DNA of 64,000 nt from Octopus vulgaris (lineage: Eukaryota), in assembly GCA_951406725.2 (NCBI GenBank), contig OX597843.1:10974001-11038000 (forward strand). The letters run 5' to 3'. The notes beneath the pieces are model-generated. The model was given only the letters and a program-made list of their open reading frames with translations. It did no database searches and was not told the DNA's origin. Positions 53,584-64,000 of the stretch are shown here, in pieces. Each line of letters starts with the position of its first letter. Positions within the stretch are counted from its first letter, which is position 1. A program made the translations under genes and the position numbers.

Positions 53584-53973
53584 GTTTCAATCATTTGACT
53601 GCGGCCATGCTGGAGCACCGCCTTTAATCGAGCAAATCGACCCCGGGACTTATTCTTTGTAAGCCCAGTACTTATTCTATCGGTCTCTTTTGCCAAACCG
53701 CTAAGTGACGGGGATATAAACACACCAGCATCGGTTGTCAAGCAATGCTAGGGGGACAAACACAGACACACAAACACACACACATACATATATATATATA
53801 TACATATATACGACAGGCTTCTTTCAGTTTCCGTCTACCAAATCCACTCACAAGGCTTTGGTCGGCTCGGGGCTATAGTAGAAGACACTTGCCCTAGATG
53901 CCACGCAGTGGGACTGAACCCGGAACCATGTGGTTGGTTAGCAAGCTACTTACCACACAGCCACTCCTGTGCC
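53578..53973 (-). mobile_element. SINE family A
   Basis: Full-length reverse copy. Confidence 0.9.
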
Positions 53974-54104
53974 TTGAAAATTGCATTCATTCTTTGATTT
54001 TTTTTTAATCTCAAAATCAACTACAACCGAGTTACATCATTGTAGAAAATTTGAAAAAAAAAATCTGCTGAGAATTTGAAATACATCAAACAGTTGGAAG
54101 AAAA

Positions 54105-55041
54105 TCAACCCTTTTATTACCAACCTGGCTGAAACCACCCCTGGCTCTTTAGTACAAATGTCTTGTTTTCATAAGTTTTGAATTAAAATCTTCCACCAAA
54201 CCTTAGTCACAATTTATGTTCCTAACACTAGCTTAATGATAACTAAGTTATTTTACTAAATTCTTTGTTATATTTAAAATTAATTGAAAGAAACACAGAG
54301 CATCTCAACAGAAATATGGTAACAAAAGGGTTAAAGTCACTTTGATATTTTTAACCCTTTTGATACCAACCTAGCTGAAACCACCCCTGGCTCTGTAGTA
54401 CAAATGTCTTGTTTTCATAAGTTTTGAATTAAAATCTTCCACCAAACCTTAGTCACAATTTATGTTCCTAACACTAGCTTAATGATGACTAAGTTATTTT
54501 ACTAAATTCTTTTGTTATATTTAAAATTAATTGAAAGAAACACAGAGCATCTCAACAGAAATATGGTAACAAAAGGTTTAAAGTCACCAAGATATTTTTA
54601 ACTCTTTTGTTACCAACCTGGCTGAAACCACCTCTGGCTCTTTAGTACAAATGTCTTGTTTTCATAAGTTTTGAATTAAAATCTTCCACCAAACCTTAGT
54701 CACAATTTATGTTCCTAACACTAGCTTAATGATGACTAAGTTATTTTACTAAATTCTTTGTTATATTTAAAATTAATTGAAAGAAACACAGAGCATCTCA
54801 ACAGAAATATGGTAACAAAAGGGTTAAAGTCACTTTGATATTTTTAACCCTTTTGATACCAACCTAGCTGAAACCACCCCTGGCTCTGTAGTACAAATGT
54901 CTTGTTTTCATAAGTTTTGAATTAAAATCTTCCACCAAACCTTAGTCACAATTTATGTTCCTAAAACAAGCTTAATGATAACTAAGTTATTTTACTAAAT
55001 TCTTTGTTATATTTAAAATTAATTGCAAAAAACACAGAGCA
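54105..55041. mobile_element. Tandem tetramer of the piggyBac-like MITE (period about 246 bp)
   Basis: Units start at about 54105, 54351, 54598 and 54844; the last unit is truncated. Confidence 0.9.
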
Positions 55042-55580
55042 TATATATAGCTTGGCACAGGGGTGCAGTTTTTTATACTCCTAGCCAGGAGTAGTAAACT
55101 CAATTCACATCAACCCCAGTAGTTAACTGGTACTTTTATCAACCCTGAAAGGATGAAAGGCAAAGTCAACCTTGGCGGAATATACATATGGTAGCTGTCA
55201 GCTTGTATACAAGGTATCCCAGAAGTCAAGCACATACATACATACATACACACATATATATATATATATATATATATCATCATCATCATCGTCGTTTAAC
55301 GTCCGTTCTCCATGCTAGCATGGGTTGGACGGTTCGACCGGGGATCTGGGAAGCCAGGAGGCTGCACCAGGCTCCAGTCTAATCTGGCAGTGTTTCGACA
55401 GCTGGATGCCCTTCCTAACGCCAACCACTCCGTGAGTGTAGTGGGTGCTTTTTACGTGCCACCTGCACAGGTGCCAGGCGGGGCTGGCAACGGCCACGGT
55501 CAGATTGGTGTATTTTATGTGCCACCGGCACGGAAGCCAGTCGAGGCGGTGCTGGCATATATATATATATATATATATAT

Positions 55581-55755
55581 ACCAATTAAGGACTGAACAC
55601 GAAAAGTGGACAGTCAACATGCTAGATATAGACGTCAAATCGTCATTCTCCACAAAAGATTATGTTCTCAGATCAATCTTTTGTGGAGAATGACGATTTG
55701 ACGTCTATATCTAGCATGTTGACTGTCCACTTTTCGTGTTCAGTCCTTAATTGGT
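55581..55755. repeat. Perfect inverted repeat, 81-bp arms, 13-nt loop
   Basis: 55581-55661 is the exact reverse complement of 55675-55755. Confidence 0.95.
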
Positions 55756-55862
55756 ATATATAAATATTTTAATCTTCGGATTCTTTTTTAATATGCTAGA
55801 CCACTGGTCTTAATTGATAAATATCAATTTCTACCCTTAATTAATTTTATATATATATATAT

Positions 55863-56230
55863 AGGCGCAGGAGTGGCTGTGTGGTAAGTAGCTTGCTAAC
55901 CAACCACACGGTTGCGGGTTCAGTCCCACTGCGTGGCATCTTGGGCAAGTGTCTTCTGCTATAGCCCCGGGCCGACCAATGCCTTGTGAGTGGATTTGGT
56001 AGACGGAAACTGAAAGAAGCCTGTCGTATATATGTATATATATGTATATGTGTGTGTGTTTGTGTGTCTGTGTTTGTCCCCCTAGCATTGCTTGACAACC
56101 GATGCTGGTGTGTTTACGTCCCCGTCACTTAGCGGTTCGGCAAAAAGAGACCGATAGAATAAGTACTAAAAGGTGGTGCTCCAGCATGGCCGCAGTCAAA
56201 TGACTGAAACAAGTAAAAGAGTAAAGAGAG
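55863..56230 (+). mobile_element. SINE family A
   Basis: Forward copy with a small deletion in the tail. Confidence 0.85.
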
Positions 56231-56547
56231 TAAAGAGATATATTTATATATATGTGTGTGTGTGTGTGTATGTATATATGTATATAAGTGTGTGTATCAT
56301 CATCATGATCATCATCATCATTTAATGTTTGTTTTCCATGCTGGCATGGGCTGGACGGTTTGACAGGGTCTGGCTGGGCAGATGACTGCACTGGACTTCA
56401 CTGTCTGTTTTGGCTGGTTGCCCTTCCTAACACTAGCCAGCTTATCACCTCGACCAAGTGCTTTTTAAATACCAACTGTATATGTATATATATATATATA
56501 TATATGTATGTATATATATATGTATATATATATATATATATATGTAT

Positions 56548-56611
<64 letters not shown>

Positions 56612-56634
56612 ATATATATATATATATATGTATG

Positions 56635-56670
<36 letters not shown>

Positions 56671-56674
56671 TATG

Positions 56675-56725
<51 letters not shown>

Positions 56726-56744
56726 GTATATATATATATGTATG

Positions 56745-57455
<711 letters not shown>

Positions 57456-57459
57456 CACG

Positions 57460-57507
<48 letters not shown>

Positions 57508-57959
57508 AAATAAGAAAATGGAGAAACTTATTTTGTATTAGTAATTTGTGGTAAAACATTTTACCTTTGACCATATAATACAATAAATGAATTAATTGCA
57601 TCGCAATTCTTAACATTTATGTATTAACTTTGTTGGGTACTTCACTAGCAGTATATTGGATATATGTTATCCCATGGAGGGTTGCACTTACAACCCCTAT
57701 CTCAATTTGTATATATATATATATCAATATGACCAGTATATGTGTATATATATATATGTGTATATAAATATATTTCGTTTATGGATTTGGTTTGTAAGAT
57801 TCTTTATGTGAGTTTGTCAAGACTATTGAAAAAGTTGCAAGACGCAATGAAAATTTTAGGAAAATAAAAATAAGAAATAAGTGGAAATTTTATTAGTGAG
57901 TGTGTTAAATTATAAGGCAGAAAAAGAAAATGACCCTCCCCAGACACAACAGTATTCAT

Positions 57960-58348
57960 TTACTCATTCACTTGTTTCAGTCATTTGACTGTGGCCATGC
58001 TGGAGCACTAGTCGAGCAAATCGACCCCAGGACTTATTTTTTGTAAGGCTAGTACTTATTCTATCGGTCTCTTTTGCTGAACTGCTAAGTTACGGGGACG
58101 TAAACACACCAGCATCGGTTGTCAAGCGATGTTGAGGGGACAAACACATACACACAAACATATACATACACATACATATATACATATATACGACGGGCTT
58201 CTTTCAGTTTCCGTCTACCAAATCCACTCACAAGGCTTTGGTTGGCCCGAGGCTATAGTAGAAGACACTTGCCAAGGTGTCACGCAGTGGGACTGAACCC
58301 GGAACCATGGGTAAGCAAGCTACTTACCACACAGCCACCCCTACGCCT
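57960..58348 (-). mobile_element. SINE family A
   Basis: Reverse copy. Confidence 0.85.
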
Positions 58349-58492
58349 ATAATAGTAATCCTTGATGTTCCCAGTGGCTAAATAGACCTATATGTGAGTG
58401 ACAGTCTCCATCACATAGAGCACATTTGTGTATGGTCTTAGGTCTGTTGGGGTTGGTGTGCTCCCTTTTTTTTTTGTTGGGCTCGCTTGTCT

Positions 58493-58665
58493 GGGGAGCT
58501 GGCATCTGGTAGAAGAGCTGCCGGTCAACCTTGGCTGTGATACAGAAGACGTAAAAAGAGATTTGAAGGCCCTTGTCGTGAATTCAGCGTCCTGGGAGAG
58601 CCTCACAGCTGACTGGCCAACATGGAGGAGCACCCTGAATGAACACATCAAGTCAAGGGAAAATA
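58493..58665 (+). pseudogene. RTE/BovB-like LINE C-terminal remnant
   Basis: GELASGRRAAGQPWL*Y / KRDLKAL...SWESLTADWPTWRSTL. Confidence 0.75.
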
Positions 58666-58704
58666 GCACATACATACAGAAATACAAACACACACACACA
58701 CACA

Positions 58705-58813
58705 GAGGATGGTTATAACTGAGGAAGCATCTTTGATCACAGGTCTGCTGGATCAGGAGTGACCTAGGGTTAAACAGCATTTTTCACACACACACACATA
58801 CACACACGTGCAA

Positions 58814-58844
<31 letters not shown>

Positions 58845-58953
58845 CACAGAGGATGGTTACAACTGAGGAAGCATCTTTGATCACAGGTCTGCTGGATCAG
58901 GAGTGACCTAGGGTTAAACAGCATTTTTCACACACACACACATACACACACGT

Positions 58954-59017
<64 letters not shown>

Positions 59018-59420
59018 AGGATGGTTACAACTGAGGAAGCATCTTTGATCACAGGTCTGCTGGATCAGGAGTGACCTAGGGTTAAACAGCATTTTTCACA
59101 CACACACACACACACACATACACACACACAATACACACACACATACACGTGCAAACACACACACATACCCATTCACACATGCCCTAGATACACTACGTTT
59201 GAATAAAAGGCAGGATGGTCAGAACTGGAACGTCTTTGATCATAAGTCTACATAATCAGGATTGATCTGGTGTCAAACAACAACACGGAAGGATACATTT
59301 GATAATGTAGTCCAAGGTACACTGTGGCTGAATAAACGATAGGATGGTTACAACTGAAGAAACACCTTTGATCACAGGTCTGCTGGAACAGGACTGACCT
59401 GGGGCTAAACAGTATTTCAC
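58705..59420 (+). repeat. Unit of about 80 bp repeated 3 times (plus 2 diverged copies), separated by (CA)n
   Basis: ggatggttacaactgaggaagcatctttgatcacaggtctgctggatcaggagtgacctagggttaaaca; relatives at 28245-28520. Confidence 0.85.
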
Positions 59421-60199
59421 ACACACACAAACACACACAGACACACATACATAAGCACACATACGCACACACACATGCAAATACACACACATGCACTTAC
59501 ACACTCTCACACATGCACAAGTGCATCCACACACACACACATGCAAGTGTGTATGTGCACATGCACAAACACACGTAAACACACAGACACACAAGCACAC
59601 ACACACAGAAGCACACACACACACACAAGCACACACACATAAGCACACACACACATGCACGCACACACACATGCATGCAAAACTCATTGAAGATGACACT
59701 AAGAATTCATTGCTTTTGCTAGAAATAACAGCCAAATCTCTCACAAATCACACAATATCTAGAAACAGTAAAGACACATTAGATAAATATAGTCCTAGAC
59801 ACATGATATCAGAACAAAAGACAGGATGGCCATGGTTGGAACACCTTCTTATGTCCAGCAAAACCCTCAAGCTCCTGAGAGAGCAGGTTATCCCTATTTT
59901 CATGAGTATAAGTGACCAAGGTACAATACTCCCTATTCCCCCTGGATAGGACGCTAGTCTGTTGCATGGTTAACTTCCCCACCTATTGCTAGAGGTAGTT
60001 CCAAGACAGAAGGGATAGTCACGCCTGGAAGGTTTCTGATCATTAGCCTTTTTGAACTAAACGCCATTGCCCTTAATATAATGCTTTGTAATTGAGAAAC
60101 ACGGCCAGAAATTATGCTTGAAAGGGGTTTGCCGGTTAAATCGATCATAGTACGAGATTAGCATTTTATTTTATCGACCTCAACGCAAAAAACCTCGGT

Positions 60200-60623
60200 G
60201 GCGATCTTTCGTCTCTAGTAGACCTTTCCGTCGATTTCCGTAAAAATTTTTTTTTTTTACATATGGGCTTGCGGGAACTTTTGAAGTAATATACATACAT
60301 ATACACATACACCGAGTAAAAAATTTCCGTTATCTCTTTCTTTCACACATTACTCTGTCTCTTCACACACACTAACAGAAGCACTTCACTTACACAACAT
60401 ACTGTCTGTCTCCCACACCCCATCAAACACACACACACACACACACATGTACATCAATGCTTCCCATGCACGGTAACTTCAAAAGAACTTCCCTCGTCAT
60501 ACAATCGCTTTCTCTTAGTCTCTTTCGCTCTCATTACTTCAAAAGTTCCCGCAAGCCCAAATGTAAAAAAAAAAAATTTTTACGGAAATCGACGGAAAGG
60601 TCTACAAGAGACGAAAGATTGCC
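60200..60623. mobile_element. MITE with TIRs of about 90 bp
   Basis: ggcgatctttcgtctct...cttttgaagtaat (60200-60290) inverted at 60533-60623; no TSD seen. Confidence 0.85.
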
Positions 60624-61073
60624 CGAAAGGCGATCTAATATCCAATTTAGGCCCAAAGCCAGTAATTTTGATGGAACGGGGTGAGTCGATATAATCGATC
60701 TCCGTTCTTAACGGGTACTTTATTTTATCGACCGTCGAGGGTTAAAAGGCAAGTTTGACTCTGGTGGGATTTGAACTCCGGATGTAAAGAAGCGCAACAT
60801 ATACAAGCATTCTGATGATTCTACGAGTTCGAGCAGGGGGAGGGGAATTGTTTCTAGTGCAGGCACGAAATCTGAAATTTGAGGAGGTATTAGTGGATTA
60901 AAATTAATCCGAGTACTTGACTTGCTAACTTTATTTTGTCGACACGAGTAGGATGAGAGGCGAAACTAGCCTGGGCGGAAGTTGAACTCACAGCGTAAAG
61001 ATTACGAATTGAAAATAAAAGAAAAGAAAAGAAAAAGGAATGTAAATAAATAATAAAAATATTTTTAACTTAC

Positions 61074-61134
61074 CCGGGGTGCTTGGTCGTGTTGGTGGAA
61101 GTGCTTGTTGTGGAGAATGGCCGTTGAAACCGTC
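61074..61134 (-). CDS. Candidate 61-nt internal exon, DGFNGHSPQQALPPTRPSTP(+G)
   Basis: Acceptor ctttttcccttcatctgctttttatcttcctctaag| and consensus donor CGG|gtaagt in unique sequence; the reading frame is inferred. Confidence 0.6.
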
Positions 61135-61844
61135 CTTAGAGGAAGATAAAAAGCAGATGAAGGGAAAAAGTATATAAGTGCCGATGTGTTTGTGGTTATA
61201 TTTGTGTTTGGTAGGGCTGTGGGATTTGTTATCGGGTGGAACTGAAGTTAGACAAAGCCGTCACACAGACACAGACACAGACACATAGCCAGAGAGAGAA
61301 GGACCCGAGAGGTATTAGACCTGGCCCCCAGCGGCAGAGATAAAGACCCTCTGAGAGACGAAAGGAGAAAGAGATAAAAGAAAATAAAGGGTCTAGCTAC
61401 TAGAGAGTGTAACACACCACACACATACACACATATGTGTGTATATATACACGCACACACAAGCACGAACACGCGCGCGCACACAGAGGGCCTCTGGGGA
61501 GAATTTTTTTTTTATCAGGGTGGATGGTTGTGGAGGTACAGAGCTTCTTTCGAAATGTTCTGTGAAAGCAACTTTTTAATATATACAAACATATTTCTGA
61601 GATGCCCAGGAAATACCCTAGCCCGAGGAAAATGCATTGCCCCGGCGGCTCCCCTACCCTTTCATTTAGGATAGGTCTTCTCTCTCTTCTCTCTCTCTCT
61701 CTGATATATATATATATATATATATGAAGGAAAGGGCGAAGAGGGGGGCGAAGTCAAGGTTTGGAAATAAGAAAAACCGAAAGAAATACAAATGAAAACT
61801 AGATACAGATAGAGAAATATACGCAAATAGATAGACAGATAAAG

Positions 61845-61939
<95 letters not shown>

Positions 61940-61960
61940 ATGATAGATAGAGAGATAGAA

Positions 61961-62048
<88 letters not shown>

Positions 62049-62075
62049 GGCTAGATAGATAGATAGACAGATGGC

Positions 62076-62131
<56 letters not shown>

Positions 62132-62157
62132 CAGATGGCTAGATAGATAGACAGATG

Positions 62158-62222
<65 letters not shown>

Positions 62223-62423
62223 GCAGATAGATAAAGAGATAGATAGATAGATATATAGATAGGAAGAGAGATCAACTGACAGAGAGGGACAGAAAGGGTG
62301 AACAATTGTAAAGAGGAGGGGGCAAGGAAAAATGCAAAATTAAGCTTGTGCATAATACATGAACATATATATATATAAATATATATATGTATGTATGTAT
62401 ATATGTATATAGGTAGGTAGATA

Positions 62424-62454
<31 letters not shown>

Positions 62455-62739
62455 GAATGAATGTAGGTATCTATATGTGAGAAAAGGTACCTACCGGGAG
62501 CTGAAAGGGTGTAAATATAAATATATATATATAAAATATATATGTATGTGTGTGTTAGTATGTGTGTGTGTATGTGTGTATAATACAGCAGAGAGAGGAT
62601 TTTTTTGTGTTTAAGATGTCCTACAGAGATCGTCTGCTGCTGTTGAATGCAGAGGAATAGAAGTTGAGTGATGACGGCGGTGGTCGCCTTTTCTTTTTAA
62701 CTAAAAAACAGTGGCTGACAGTTTTGCGGGTTCCATCTG

Positions 62740-63690
62740 GTCGGGATGGCGATGGTAGCGGCGATTGGAGGGGTAGGTATTGGTGATGGTGATGGTGATG
62801 GTTGTTTGAGGGTGGATGGTGATGGTGGTGGTGGTGGTGGTGGTGGTGATGATTTTTGAAGGTAGCTACTAGTGGTTATTGTGCTGGTGGTGGTGGTGGT
62901 GATTTTTGGTAATGCTGGCGGTGCTGGTATGAGTGAGGGTAACTAATGCTGGTGGTGGTGGTTTGAGTTGGAGACCTACAGGTGATGGCGGTGGTGGAGT
63001 GAGCTCCAAAGCTGGGTGGTGATGGTGGAGGTGGTGGAGTAAGCTCCAAAGCATGGTGGTGATGGTGGTGATGGTGGTGGTGGTGATGGTGGTGGTGGTG
63101 GTGGGGGGGTTGAGTCGGAGACCTACAGGTGATGACGGTGTTGGAGTAAGCCCCAATGCTTGGTGGCGATGGTGGCGGTGGTGGTGGTGGAGTGAGCCCA
63201 AAGCTTGGTGGTGGTGGTGGTTTGAGTATAGCTATTGAGTGTAATTCTGATGGTGACGGTGTCGATGGCGGTCCAAGGGTGATGGAGATGATTTTGAAGG
63301 TAGCTACTGGTGATGATTTTGGTGTTGGCGGAGTTGGTATGAGGGTAGCTGATCCTGCTGGTGGTGATGGTGGTGGTGGTGGTGGTGGTGGTGGTGGTGG
63401 TGGTGGTGGTGGTGGTGGTGGTGGTGTGGTGGTGGTGGTGGTGGTGGTGGTGGTGGTGGTGATGGTGATGGTGGTGGTGGTGGTGGTGGTGGTGACGGTG
63501 GTGATGGTGGTGACGGTGGTGGTGGTGGTGGTGACGGTGGTGGTGGTGACGGTAGTAGCGGCGATGATGGTGATGGCGATTCTGCTGGTGGGGCACGTAT
63601 GGAACTGGTGTAAGTGGTAGTGGCGGTGGTGTACGCCGTTGGGATTGAGAAAGGGCCGCATGGGGGTTTGTGGAAATGGTACTTCATTGT
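62740..63690. repeat. (GGT)n-rich low-complexity region with internal duplications
   Basis: ggagacctacaggtgatg.cggtg.tggagt occurs twice; ttttgaaggtagctact occurs twice. Confidence 0.7.
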
Positions 63691-63804
63691 CAGTGTTTAT
63701 GTGTATGTGTATATGTATATATATGTGTGTGTATGTGTGTGTGTGTGTGTGTATGTGTGTGTGTGTGTGTGTGCAGATCTTCTAGACACACATTTGTATG
63801 TGTA

Positions 63805-63848
63805 AGCATACATACATATATACATACATACATACATACATATATACA

Positions 63849-63882
<34 letters not shown>

Positions 63883-64000
63883 CATACATACATATATACA
63901 TACATACATGCATACATATATACATACATACATACATATATACATACATACATACATACATATATACATACATACATTCATATATACATACATACATATA
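63805..64000. repeat. (CATA)n microsatellite
   Basis: Direct read. Confidence 0.95.

Overview
Repeat-saturated animal DNA, not prokaryotic. The SINE families (tRNA-headed, split by (TA)/(TG) tracts) and dense (TA)n/(CA)n/(GATA)n/(GAT)n microsatellites look like a coleoid cephalopod, most likely Octopus; this is recognised from memory, not from a database search. Almost all supplied ORFs are microsatellite or SINE translation artefacts. Real protein signal is limited to decayed retroelement 3' ends (an R4/Dong LINE inside a (TAA)n tract, CR1-like and RTE-like fragments), a mariner transposase remnant and a few candidate minus-strand exons (best: 61074-61134), suggesting the window is mostly intron of a large gene I cannot name. 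Most notable structures: (1) at least 8 minimal type I hammerhead ribozyme motifs, from intact to decayed, on short Penelope-like modules between microsatellites; (2) a TTAGGG-containing, GG-ended MITE arranged as 4 left ends then 4 right ends; (3) piggyBac-like MITE dimers forming a higher-order array; (4) a perfect 81-bp-arm palindrome; (5) satellites born from SINE fragments, and inverted SINE pairs able to form dsRNA. Repeat boundaries are read by eye and approximate unless termini or TSDs are quoted.
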